Shown here in pieces: positions 17,901 to 26,796 of a stretch of DNA of 64,000 bases. The DNA is from Anaerolineales bacterium. GTDB taxonomy: Bacteria; Chloroflexota; Anaerolineae; Anaerolineales; Villigracilaceae. A model generated the notes under the pieces. That model was not told the origin of the DNA and did not search any database. It saw only the letters and a list, made by a program, of their open reading frames with translations. A program made the translations under genes and the position numbers. Location: contig DAOTXM010000492.1 of NCBI GenBank assembly GCA_034435215.1, positions 12,611-76,610 on the forward strand, read 5' to 3'. Every line of letters begins with the position of its first letter. Position 1 is the first letter of the stretch.

Positions 17901-19546
17901 CCCGCTGCATAAACACCCGGACGGGTGGCAGCGAAGGTATTGGGATTGATGGCAATGGTTTTCGTCGCCGTCAGGCCTACACCGGCATCTTCGGGGATAA
18001 AGGCCAAACCTGCGCGCTGGCCAACCGAAAAGATGACCGTATCACACTCGATGATGTGGTTGGAGTCCGGGACTTTCTCGACCTCCAGGCGGCCAACCTC
18101 GTCGAAGCGGAACGAGCTGACCTGCATGCACTCCACACCCCGCGCTCGACCGTTCCCGTTGCCATGAATCTGTTCAAAGGAACGACTGTTGTAGATTGTG
18201 ATCCCCTCTTCTTGCGCGGCTTCGATCTCCCATGCGTGGGCGGGCATTTCTTCCCGACCTTCCAGGCAGGCCATAGAAACCTGGCAGCCCAGGCGCACGG
18301 CGGAACGGGCTACGTCAATGGCGACGTTGCCACCGCCTAGTACCAGCACGCGCGGGCCAAAGGGTTTTCCATCCGGTGTGCCAATAGAATCATTTTCATC
18401 TCGTTCGTAGCGACCCAAACGCATGTCTCGCAGGAAGTGGGTGTTGATCAACACGCCATCCAAGTTGGCGCCAGGGATTGGCAGGCGCACACCCTCATGC
18501 GCACCAACGGCGATCAACACCGCCGAAAAGCCTTCTTCAAAGAGGTCGTCCAGATTGGATACGGGCGAATTCAAGCGCAATTCCACGCCGAGATCGATGA
18601 TGTCCTGGACTTCGCGCTCGATAATCTCGGCCGGCAGACGGAACTCGGGCACCCCCAGGCGCAGCATCCCACCTGCGACCGGCATCGCCTCGAAAATAGT
18701 GACAGGATACCCATCCCGGATGATATCCTGCGCAGCAGTCAATCCACATGGCCCTGCGCCAATGATGGCTACCCTTTTATCGGGATATTTGATTTCCACA
18801 GGTTTGACCGGCTGGCGCGGCTCGGCGTAGACCTTATCGGTCACGAAGCGTTTCAGGGCGTGGATATTGATCGGTTCATCGACCAAGCCACGGTTGCAAG
18901 CTATCTCGCAGCGATGATTGCAGATGCGTCCGCAAATGCCGGGAAAGGGGTTGTCCATTTTGATGACGCGCAAAGCATCTGCCCAGCGTCCTTCCCTGAT
19001 CAGGGCAATGTACCCCTGGGCGCGCTGTCCTGCCGGACAGGCATCGCGGCAGGGGGCAATGCCGCGCTTCTGGATCGCAAACGCATTTGGTGTGGCTTGC
19101 GGATACTGCTTATAGATAGCATGCCGTTTGGATAATCCCTCATTGAAAAGATCCGGCACAATAACCGGACATACATCAATGCAGTCCCCACAGGCAACAC
19201 ATTTATCTGCGATGACATATCGAGGATTGTGTAGCATGCGCGCGGTAAAATTCCCTACCTGCCCCTGCACATCCAGCACCTCGGTATTGGCCATGATTTC
19301 GATGTTAGGATGTCTGGCTACTTCAACCAGTTTTGGGGAAATTGTGCACATGGCACAATCATTGGTTGGGAAAGTCTTATCGAGCTGGGCCATCTTACCT
19401 CCGATGGCCGACTGCTTTTCCACCAGATAAACCTTAAAGCCCTGATCGGCCAGATCCAGCGCGGCCTGCATCCCCGCAATGCCCCCTCCCACCACCATCA
19501 CTGCTCCAGTGGACTGATTTTCAGGATCATTTACGACCTTGGCCAT
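14975..19546 (-). CDS. hdrL: HdrL-like giant flavoprotein: HdrA with an inserted GltD/NfnB-like NAD(P)H module, an MvhD-like domain and a second HdrA-like unit
   Basis: 1523 aa. HdrA N-terminus (VVGGGIAGMQAALDLA, FPTNDCAMCTISPK). GltD-like segment (GICGRICNHRCEIAC, RVAIIGAGPCGLTAA, VLGGGNVAIDVAR, YAAGD). HdrA core (LQCIGSRD..YCSAVCCMYATKEA). MvhD-like insert (GVFVCHCGSNIAGY). Second FAD unit (VVGGGAAGMTAAL) and terminal 2x[4Fe-4S] motifs. Confidence 0.88.
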   Translation of the reverse strand: MAKVVNDPENQSTGAVMVVGGGIAGMQAALDLADQGFKVYLVEKQSAIGGKMAQLDKTFPTNDCAMCTISPKLVEVARHPNIEIMANTEVLDVQGQVGNFTARMLHNPRYVIADKCVACGDCIDVCPVIVPDLFNEGLSKRHAIYKQYPQATPNAFAIQKRGIAPCRDACPAGQRAQGYIALIREGRWADALRVIKMDNPFPGICGRICNHRCEIACNRGLVDEPINIHALKRFVTDKVYAEPRQPVKPVEIKYPDKRVAIIGAGPCGLTAAQDIIRDGYPVTIFEAMPVAGGMLRLGVPEFRLPAEIIEREVQDIIDLGVELRLNSPVSNLDDLFEEGFSAVLIAVGAHEGVRLPIPGANLDGVLINTHFLRDMRLGRYERDENDSIGTPDGKPFGPRVLVLGGGNVAIDVARSAVRLGCQVSMACLEGREEMPAHAWEIEAAQEEGITIYNSRSFEQIHGNGNGRARGVECMQVSSFRFDEVGRLEVEKVPDSNHIIECDTVIFSVGQRAGLAFIPEDAGVGLTATKTIAINPNTFAATRPGVYAAGDSVSGTAFVIEAVDSGHKAAKSILRYLRGAALEPPPKPELPVVKLSQQEIEDRIARGEIKLQPRVPMPELTVEERISNFAEVEGGYDDESAQAEAARCLACGICSECMSCVFACGVNAIDHDMPAREQSLDVGAVILAPGYEIYRAELSQEYGFGRYPNVVTSLQFERLLSASGPTMGHIQRPSDDSTPKRIAFLQCIGSRDQSHDYCSAVCCMYATKEAIMAKEHHPNLDIQVFMMDMRAFSKGYLEYYERARQRYGITYTRCRISALHEDPESRDLLLRYQDENGKAFFKRFDMVVLSVGMEISPDVRALGQRLGVELDEHGFCRTAQFNPVETSRLGIYAVGPFCEPKDIPESIVEASGAAAAAAGHLSGSRFTLTTTPEFPPERDVNGEPPRIGVFVCHCGSNIAGYLDVPVVSEYAATLPYVVHAESNLYTCSQDSIRHIIEQVNEHQLNRVVVASCTPHTHEPLFRDSLRTAGLNPYLFEMANIRNQCSWVHSTDREAATAKAKDLVRMAVSRAALLNPIYTIEIPVRQVALVVGGGAAGMTAALSLADQGFPVHLVEKESKLGGNLRNVYVPLNGREPQKVLRQLVEQINSHPKITVHLNSRVTETHGFKGNFTSVIRNGTGEQLEIVHGATILATGAQEYRQPEYGYGTNPRIITQQELEAHLTDETSVQELNSVVMILCVGPAEQFCSRICCTVALKNAIRLKELNPGMQVTILYRDIRAYGFKERLYTQARAMGVTFVRYDFDRKPEVTVDSDQSSVISGQLPVISVKVWEPVLHRDLILHPDLLALSMPIVPNKDVYDLSAMFKVPVDANGFFLEAHVKLRPVDFATDGIFMAGFAHYPKLLDESMIQAQAAAARAARVLSRSTQAAGGQVAVVDQQLCTGCLTCVRICPFQVPQIQPNQPGVGNILGAAFIEPSVCQGCGVCAAECPARAIQLLHYTDVQMAAKIGALVCPASDFVPVEAVR

Positions 19547-19569
19547 CTTACTACCTTTCGCTATCTACT

Positions 19570-19700
19570 GTCATTGCGAGCGTTCCTTCCTGACACTGAC
19601 CGTCAGGACGGTGTGCGAAGCAATCCTATTTTCAAGTAATTCACGGATAATTTTGGGCCACGAGATTGCTTCGTCGAGAAGTACGCCTCCTCACAATGAC
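19570..19700. repeat. Palindromic intergenic repeat, copy b
   Basis: GTCATTGCGAG..CGAAGCAATCC...GAGATTGCTTCG..CCTCACAATGAC between the hdrL start and the mvhD stop. Confidence 0.8.
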
Positions 19701-19713
19701 ATAAATGCGCATG

Positions 19714-20211
19714 TTATTTGCGTCTGCCGCGAAATTTGTTCTCCTCTTCTTCGATTTCTTTTTCAGGGACCTTAGCCGCCTCCTTCCAGACCTTTAACGG
19801 GTTCGGCCCTAATTGGCGGATTCGTTCCGTCATGGTTTGGGCGGCCATCGCAAAGGCTTGTCCCTGGCTACCGGACATAAAGAACATATCCAGACGCTCT
19901 TTACCCAAACCAATTTCATCTAATAATTTCTGTGCCCGTTGAATTCTGGCCAGTCCGCGCTCATTGCCGCGTACATGATGGCAATTTCCAATCGGGCAGG
20001 CAACCTCGTAGACGCCGTCCGCCCCTTGTTCGAAAGCCTCTAAAATGTAGCGGATGTCCGTTTTCCCGGTGCAGGGTAGACGGATAAATTTAACGTTGGC
20101 TGGATATTGAATGTACAGTGCGCCAGCCGTGTCAGCCGCCATATATCCGCAGTATACGCAGTAGAAGGCGGTGATCTCAGGTTCAAAGGGTGGAGCTGGA
20201 TTATCCTTCAT
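19714..20211 (-). CDS. mvhD: MvhD-like [2Fe-2S] subunit (Cys form)
   Basis: 165 aa with ITAFYCVYCGYMAADTAG, LPCTGK and ACPIGNCHH. ATGA overlap with the upstream hdrA. Confidence 0.9.
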   Translation of the reverse strand: MKDNPAPPFEPEITAFYCVYCGYMAADTAGALYIQYPANVKFIRLPCTGKTDIRYILEAFEQGADGVYEVACPIGNCHHVRGNERGLARIQRAQKLLDEIGLGKERLDMFFMSGSQGQAFAMAAQTMTERIRQLGPNPLKVWKEAAKVPEKEIEEEENKFRGRRK

Positions 20212-23200
20212 CGCAATATCTCATACCCTTTTCCTGGCAACCAGCTTCCCAATCCGGCAACGTTGCGGAGCATGATCTGGCTGTCGGTGAAATTGACAAG
20301 CTGTATCGCATTGGCAGGGCATTCGCCGGTACAGGTTCCACATCCTTGGCACTGGGCCGAATCAATATAAGCTGCTCCACCCAGTTTTCCGACCCCATAT
20401 CGACCTTCTTCCTGAATGACCTGTGGAATGCCAAAAGGACAGGTGCGAGTGCAAGTCAGGCAACCGACACACTTTTCAGGGTCGACCTGGGCAACTACCC
20501 CGCCCAGGTAAAGCGATTCCCAGGCCAACAGGGTTATCGCACGTGCAGAGGCGGCTAAAGCGTGACTGATACTCTCTTCGATGAACTTAGGATAGTGCGC
20601 CATGCCTGCCAGGAAGATACCCTCACGCATGAAATCCATTGGGCGCAGTTTCAACTGCGCCTCGCTGAAGAACCCTTCACTGGACAGGGGAACGCGCAAC
20701 ATTTGGGCAAGCTCTCTTGTGCCTTCAGATGGTGCAATGGACATACTCAGGGGGATAATATCCGCTGGAAGCAACAGCCAACGATCCAGTGACACATCCA
20801 GCACTTTTACTTCCAGATGGTCCTGAACCCAATTGATTTGGGGAGGATTCTCATCGGTATAACGAACAAAGATCACCCCACGTTGACGAGCTTCTGTATA
20901 GTGCTCTTCGCGAAAACCATACGTAACGATGTTTTTATACAGCACGCTAACCTGACAGTTTGGATTCATCAACTTGATACGAATGGCATTTTTCAATGTG
21001 GCAGTACAACATACTCGCGAGCAATAGTCTGCTTCACCCGGGGGATGCACACATTGGATCATCACCACATTCTTTAAGGCCGCAATTTGCTCAGGATGAT
21101 GAATAACTGTCTCCTCCAACTTTCTCTGCGTAATCACATTGGGGAGATCCAGCCAAGGATGTTTCTGGGTCTCCTGGCCACCGGTCGCAACGATGGTCAC
21201 ACCGTGATCGAAGGCTGTTCTCACAACAGTCCCATCCTGCTGCCGAGTGGTAATCTCAGTCTGGAAATAACCCACATGGCCGGTATGCTTTACCACCTCG
21301 GTACGCGTAAAGACATTGATCCGTTGATGCGAACGGACGCGATTGACCAGATCGCGCAACAGGCGTTGCGGGTTGAAACCTGCAGCAACGTAGTAAATAT
21401 TTAGAAGGTTCCCCCCTAACATTTCAGATTGTTCTACCAAGTTGACGCTGAAACCACTATCTGCAATGGCTAGTGCAGCAGTCAGTCCTGCTACACCTCC
21501 TCCAATGACCAATGCATTTGACCTGCAACGATGCTTCTTTTTGTACACCGGCTGTGCCAAAGCAACTCGGCCCACCGCGATACGGATCGATTCCAGGGCT
21601 TTACGCTGGGCCAAGTCTCGCTGCCACTGGTGGACTCTCCCACATTGCTCGCGCAAATTGACCAATTCTAATAGATAAGGATTCAAACCTGCATGTCTAA
21701 CAGTACGTTGGAAGAGTGATTCATGTGTTCGACTGCTACACGCTGCAATGACGATCCGGTTGATGTTTTCAGTTTGAATCTTTCCTCGGATGTACTCCAG
21801 AGATTCAGGGACACAGGCGAACTCAAGCACCTCGCTTGATACTACACCATCCCATTTGGCCACCTGATTTGCCAGGTCCTTGGTATCCAAGTTTTCACCC
21901 AGGGTATCTTTACAAGAACAGACAAAAACACCCGTGCGCAGAGGCTGATCAGAAACATCCTTTTCGGGGGGTAAACCGTCCACTGATAGGAAAGGCCATT
22001 GACGGGTATAAACATTTGAACACAAACGGTCATTGAGCAATCGCATGACCTCTGCAGCGGCACCGCTGGCGTCAATAACAGTTTCAACAATTTCCTTCGG
22101 TGAAGAAAATGCTCCGCAGACAAATACTCCTGGATGGGTAGTTTGCAAAGGGGTGAATTTTTCCGTCCGGCAGAATCCATATTCGTTCAGTTCGATGTTG
22201 AAACTCTTAGAAAGCTGGGCAGCCGAACTTGGAGGAAGCACTCCGGTTGCCAAAACAACCATTCCATATCGTTGTTGTTTAAGCGGCCCATTGGGATCGG
22301 CATAATTTACGATAACATCATGACTATCCGGGTCTTCTTGAAGTGAAGAGACTCGACAGCGACTGTAATGAATGTTGTACTGGTTCCGTGCCCTTGAAAA
22401 ATATTTGTGGTACTCTTTGTTGAACGCTCGTTCATCCATGATGAAAATCTGGCATTCAATTTCTTCTCCCAAACGCTGCTTGGCCAGGATCGCTTCTTTG
22501 GTGGCATACATGCAACAAATCGATGAGCAATAGGAGTATTCCGGGCTGCGTGAACCTATGCATTGCAACCAGGCGATCGATCGAGGACGTTGACCATCTG
22601 AAGGGCGCACCAAAATTCCTTCCGTCGGACCCGAACGACTGGCAAGCCGTTCGTATTGCATGGCATGTAGTACGTTCGGATATCGCCCATAACCATATTC
22701 TTCCAACTTGGATGGGTCAAAACTCTGAAAGCCTACAGCAAGGACAATAGCGCCAACCTCAACCGAGAGCAATCGCGCTTGTTGATCCAAGTCAATAGCC
22801 CCGGTTGGACATATTTCCGCGCATTTTTTACAATCAGGCTGGCATTGATTACGGTCGATCACGTAAGCATCTGGCATAGCCCGCGCAGCGACTTTATAAG
22901 CCGCCTTGCGAATACTTAATCCCTGTTGGTATTCATCTGCAAGCTCAACCGGACAAACTTGGGAGCAATACCCACAGTTTATACAGCGCGCCGGATCAAC
23001 GAAACGTGGTTCTTGACGCAGTGAAACAGTAAAGTCTCCAGCCTGGCCTTCCGCATCAATAACCAGCGTATTGGTTAAGATCTCAATATTAGGATGCAAG
23101 TTGTGTTGAATATAAGCCGGGGAGATAGAGGGACGGGTACATCCGTAGCCGTGGTCTGATGTGCCTCTACAAAGAACGCAATCATGTTGGGGGAACATAA

Positions 23201-23366
23201 AACCGAGCTGTGCGACTCGCCCACCCAAACAGGGGGTTTGCTCGACCAAATACACTTTCAGGCCAGCATCCGCAAGGTCAAGGGCAGCACGCATTCCTCC
23301 AATGCCGCCACCTACGACCAAAACCATCGGTCTGGCTTGAATGTTTGGAGAGTTTGGAGCATACAT
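20208..23366 (-). CDS. hdrA: Tandem HdrA-like flavoprotein (two HdrA units joined by an MvhD-like domain)
   Basis: 1052 aa with VVGGGIGGMRAALDLA, CINCGYCSQVCP, LQCIGSRS..YCSSICCMYATKEA, GVFVCSCKDTLGE, a second VIGGGVAGLTAALA, and terminal CVGCLTCTRTCP / CQGCGTCTGECP. Confidence 0.88.
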   Translation of the reverse strand: MYAPNSPNIQARPMVLVVGGGIGGMRAALDLADAGLKVYLVEQTPCLGGRVAQLGFMFPQHDCVLCRGTSDHGYGCTRPSISPAYIQHNLHPNIEILTNTLVIDAEGQAGDFTVSLRQEPRFVDPARCINCGYCSQVCPVELADEYQQGLSIRKAAYKVAARAMPDAYVIDRNQCQPDCKKCAEICPTGAIDLDQQARLLSVEVGAIVLAVGFQSFDPSKLEEYGYGRYPNVLHAMQYERLASRSGPTEGILVRPSDGQRPRSIAWLQCIGSRSPEYSYCSSICCMYATKEAILAKQRLGEEIECQIFIMDERAFNKEYHKYFSRARNQYNIHYSRCRVSSLQEDPDSHDVIVNYADPNGPLKQQRYGMVVLATGVLPPSSAAQLSKSFNIELNEYGFCRTEKFTPLQTTHPGVFVCGAFSSPKEIVETVIDASGAAAEVMRLLNDRLCSNVYTRQWPFLSVDGLPPEKDVSDQPLRTGVFVCSCKDTLGENLDTKDLANQVAKWDGVVSSEVLEFACVPESLEYIRGKIQTENINRIVIAACSSRTHESLFQRTVRHAGLNPYLLELVNLREQCGRVHQWQRDLAQRKALESIRIAVGRVALAQPVYKKKHRCRSNALVIGGGVAGLTAALAIADSGFSVNLVEQSEMLGGNLLNIYYVAAGFNPQRLLRDLVNRVRSHQRINVFTRTEVVKHTGHVGYFQTEITTRQQDGTVVRTAFDHGVTIVATGGQETQKHPWLDLPNVITQRKLEETVIHHPEQIAALKNVVMIQCVHPPGEADYCSRVCCTATLKNAIRIKLMNPNCQVSVLYKNIVTYGFREEHYTEARQRGVIFVRYTDENPPQINWVQDHLEVKVLDVSLDRWLLLPADIIPLSMSIAPSEGTRELAQMLRVPLSSEGFFSEAQLKLRPMDFMREGIFLAGMAHYPKFIEESISHALAASARAITLLAWESLYLGGVVAQVDPEKCVGCLTCTRTCPFGIPQVIQEEGRYGVGKLGGAAYIDSAQCQGCGTCTGECPANAIQLVNFTDSQIMLRNVAGLGSWLPGKGYEILR

Positions 23367-23819
23367 TTTTGTTACCTCAGCACCTTAATCCGATGGATAT
23401 TTGTTTTGAAAAGCAAAACACCTCCCTGCCTGATGCAAGGGAGGCGTTAGAGCGAGGCAAGCGTATTGTTTACCTGCCTGTATCAACCAGGGCGGTTGAA
23501 TCAATCAACAAATAAGTAACCTGCAATCAAAATTCAACCTAAAATCATTGTAGCATTTCGAAAAATGAAAGTCAATCAAAATTCTGGAGGTGGGTGTGTA
23601 GTATTTTTTCGGAAAAGTCGTCCACAGCGGCGCAAAAAGCATCTACAACGGCATCGCTAGCGGTTGTAACGAAGGAAGCCTCCGAAAATTTGCTACACAC
23701 CCTCTGGAGGTTTCTGATATACCCAGGTCGGTTGAAAATTGCGCTTTTTTACGAGAAGGAATGCGCAATTTTCAACCGTGGGTATTATATATACTCGTAT
23801 GGTGCAGCGCACGATCTGT

Positions 23820-24707
23820 CTAATTTGTTTCCACGGACTGCGGTTGTCGAGTAAGTTGATACTGGTTTTCCCATTTCTCCGCGAATTTCAAGCGGATATA
23901 CCCATAGCGCACCAAAAGCATGACCACGCCCGCCACCGCCATAATGCCAGCCACCAAGCGCGAGTAGCTCAAGTCCGTGCCGGGGATGCGGGGCTGGTCG
24001 GGCCGGAAGGCTTCGATGATGACGCGGCCCACACCAGCGAGCACCAGCCACCAACTGAACATCGCGCCAGGTTTGAATTTCCCGGGAAATCGTCGTGCAG
24101 CCCATAACAACAAGCCCGCCGCCAGGAAGTTCCAGATCATTTCATAAGCAAAGGTCGGATGGAAACGCGTGCTTTCTGGATAGAGAGTCATATTGCTGTA
24201 TTGCGGAAGGCGATGCTGCGCTTCGATAGGGATACCCCAGGGCAGCATGGTTGGCTGGCCGTAGAGTTCCTGGTTGATGAAGTTGGCCGGGCGGGCAATC
24301 GCCTGTCCGATCATCGTGACGGGTGCGGCCACGTCCAGGAGCAGCCAGGGGTCCAGGTTGTTGCGACGGATATAGAAGATCATCGCCAGCGCGCCAAATA
24401 ATAGTCCGCCAAAAAAGTGCAATCCGCCCTGGGGGATGTTCAGGATCTGGCCGGGGTTGTCTAGGTAGTAAGAATTCCCGCCCAACGTGGCGTTGGCCAC
24501 ATACCACAAACGCGCACCCACCACTCCAACAGGCAAAGCCCAGATGAGCGAATTCCAGATATGTTCACTGTTCTCGCCACGATGGGTGTATTCACGTTCG
24601 GCGATCCAGGCGGCTACGATCACACCCAGCATGACCAGCACGCCATACCAGCGTAACGCAATCGTGATACCGAAAATTTCAAAGGAAAAAATGACAGGAT
24701 CGATCAA
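23820..24707 (-). CDS. lgt: Prolipoprotein diacylglyceryl transferase
   Basis: 295 aa with IALRWYGVLVMLG and GARLWYV, polytopic membrane protein with an Lgt-type profile. Confidence 0.9.
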   Translation of the reverse strand: MIDPVIFSFEIFGITIALRWYGVLVMLGVIVAAWIAEREYTHRGENSEHIWNSLIWALPVGVVGARLWYVANATLGGNSYYLDNPGQILNIPQGGLHFFGGLLFGALAMIFYIRRNNLDPWLLLDVAAPVTMIGQAIARPANFINQELYGQPTMLPWGIPIEAQHRLPQYSNMTLYPESTRFHPTFAYEMIWNFLAAGLLLWAARRFPGKFKPGAMFSWWLVLAGVGRVIIEAFRPDQPRIPGTDLSYSRLVAGIMAVAGVVMLLVRYGYIRLKFAEKWENQYQLTRQPQSVETN

Positions 24708-24857
24708 GAGACACCTCTAGGCTTGGAGTGTGGCCATTATATCATTATGAGTGTGACAGCTATCACCCATGAATTGTGACAAAAAACACATTACTTTAAC
24801 GTCAAAATGCTTACAATAATAGTAAAGGTTTACAAAAAAGGTAAATATTTAGAAACC

Positions 24858-25313
24858 ATGATCCGCATCAACCGCAAGACCGACTATGCCATCCGCGTCA
24901 TCCTGGCCCTCGCCAAACAGGGGGACGAGGCTATATTGTCCACCTCCAAAATCCAGCAGGAAATGCTCATCCCCAAAGCGTTGTCGTTGCGCGTTGTCGC
25001 AGAACTAGCAAAGGTTGGGTTCATCGTTACCTACCCTGGCCGCGAGGGCGGGCTGAAGCTGGCACATCCGGCAGCAGAGATCAACTTGCGCCAAGTAGTG
25101 ATGCACTTCGAAAGCAATTTCACCGTCTCAGAATGTTTACACGGGGGCGGTACTTGCCCCTTCGACCACAGTTGCCCGGTCCGCTGTCGGTGGGCGCGCC
25201 TACAAGCTGTGATTCTTCAAGAATTGGAAAACACCACCTTCGACGAATTGGCGCGGGAAGCAGCCACAGGGGCAACACTGCTTCCGTTCAACACCGAGCA
25301 GGTTGAGGCGTAG
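24858..25313 (+). CDS. Rrf2-family transcriptional regulator (three-Cys cluster-binding type)
   Basis: MIRINRKTDYAIRVILALAK start (ATG 24858). C-terminal CLHGGGTCPFDHSCPVRC resembles IscR/NsrR-type Fe-S ligands. Track ORF starts earlier at 24807. Confidence 0.9.
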   Translation: MIRINRKTDYAIRVILALAKQGDEAILSTSKIQQEMLIPKALSLRVVAELAKVGFIVTYPGREGGLKLAHPAAEINLRQVVMHFESNFTVSECLHGGGTCPFDHSCPVRCRWARLQAVILQELENTTFDELAREAATGATLLPFNTEQVEA

Positions 25314-25420
25314 GAGGAACGCGGAAAGGAGGGCGCAGTCCGGGAGGGACGCTACCGAATCATCTGATCTCATTCATTCAAAAATCAATATCGATCCGAA
25401 TCTATCAAGGAGAATGCACT

Positions 25421-26782
25421 ATGGATGCACTTGTTCTTGCACGCTGGCAATTTGCCATTACCACCATCTTCCACTTCTTCTTCGTCCCGCTGACACTGGG
25501 ATTGTCCATCTTCGTAGCCCTGGTGGAGACGAAGTATGTTCGCAGCGGCGACGAGGTCTACAAGAAGATGGCCAAGTTCTGGGGGACGATCTTCCTGATC
25601 AACTTCGCCATGGGCGTCGTGACGGGCATCGTCCAGGAGTTCCAGTTCGGCCTGAACTGGTCGGAATACAGCCGCTTCATGGGCGACATCTTTGGCGCGC
25701 CGCTGGCCATCGAGGCGCTGCTGGCCTTTTATATGGAAAGCACCTTCATCGGCGTGTGGGTCTTTGGCTGGGGCAAACTTTCGAAGAAGGCGCACCTGGC
25801 CGCTGCCTGGCTGGTAGCCATTGGCTCCAACATTTCGGCGCTGTGGATCCTGATCGCGAACTCGTTCATGCAGAACCCGGTAGGCTACGGGATCGAAGGC
25901 GGGCGCGCCGTGATGAAGGATTTCTTTGCGCTTCTGACCAACCCCAATGTCTGGTACCAGTTCCCGCACGTTCTCTCGGCCGGGATCGCAATGGCGGGCT
26001 TCGTGGTGATGGCCTTCAGCGCCTGGCACCTGCTGCGCAAGCATGATGTGACCATCTTCCGCCCGTCGTTCCAGTGGGCAGCGCGTTATGCGCTGGTCGG
26101 CTCGTTGCTGGTGGGCGTGATCGGCCACTTCCAGGGACAGTTCCTGGTGGAGCACCAACCGCTCAAGATGGCCGCCGCTGAGGCGTTGTGGAAAACCGAA
26201 ACCCCCGCCGGTTTCGCAGTTGTAGCGGGGATCGATGAAGGCGCACAGAGTAACTCCTTCGAGTTGAAGATCCCGGGCGCCTTGTCCTTCCTGTCGTACA
26301 ACAATTTCAGCCAGGAAGTGAAAGGCATCAAGGACCTGCAAGCCGAGGCGGCGGCGCAATACGGCGAAGGGAATTATGTCCCGCCTGTGGCGCTCAACTT
26401 CTGGTCGTTCCGCATTATGGTCGGCGCTGGTTCGCTGATGGTACTGCTGGCGCTGCTGGCGGTCATCTGGAGCGACGGCAAGCGCGAAATTGACAGCAAG
26501 CAGGGTTTCCTGAAAGCGATGATGTTCGCGCCTATCCTGCCCTACCTGGCATCCACCTTCGGCTGGGTGATGGCAGAGACTGGCCGCTGGCCATGGATCG
26601 TCTTCGGCTTGCAAAAGATCGAAAATGCCGTGTCGCCCAACGTCCCGGCCTGGAACGTGGCTTTCTCGCTGGTCGTGCTGGGCTTGCTCTACGCTGCACT
26701 GACCATTGTGGCTGTCAAACTTGGTCTCAAGTACGGCAAGAGTGATATCAAAATCCGCGAATCCGCTGCGGCGGCTGATTAA
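25421..26782 (+). CDS. cydA: Cytochrome bd oxidase subunit I (copy 1)
   Basis: 453 aa with LARWQFAITTIFHFFFVPLTLG and GVVTGIVQEFQFGLNWSEYSRF. Confidence 0.96.
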   Translation: MDALVLARWQFAITTIFHFFFVPLTLGLSIFVALVETKYVRSGDEVYKKMAKFWGTIFLINFAMGVVTGIVQEFQFGLNWSEYSRFMGDIFGAPLAIEALLAFYMESTFIGVWVFGWGKLSKKAHLAAAWLVAIGSNISALWILIANSFMQNPVGYGIEGGRAVMKDFFALLTNPNVWYQFPHVLSAGIAMAGFVVMAFSAWHLLRKHDVTIFRPSFQWAARYALVGSLLVGVIGHFQGQFLVEHQPLKMAAAEALWKTETPAGFAVVAGIDEGAQSNSFELKIPGALSFLSYNNFSQEVKGIKDLQAEAAAQYGEGNYVPPVALNFWSFRIMVGAGSLMVLLALLAVIWSDGKREIDSKQGFLKAMMFAPILPYLASTFGWVMAETGRWPWIVFGLQKIENAVSPNVPAWNVAFSLVVLGLLYAALTIVAVKLGLKYGKSDIKIRESAAAAD

Positions 26783-26796
26783 ATCGGAGGAGAATA

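Noticed and set aside
24775-24790. Second TGTGA...CACA site upstream of the Rrf2 gene, considered as a CRP/FNR box.
   Set aside because: Spacing (7 nt) and the right half-site (CACA, not TCACA) do not fit the CRP consensus. It is mentioned only as a recurrence of the TGTGAC word.
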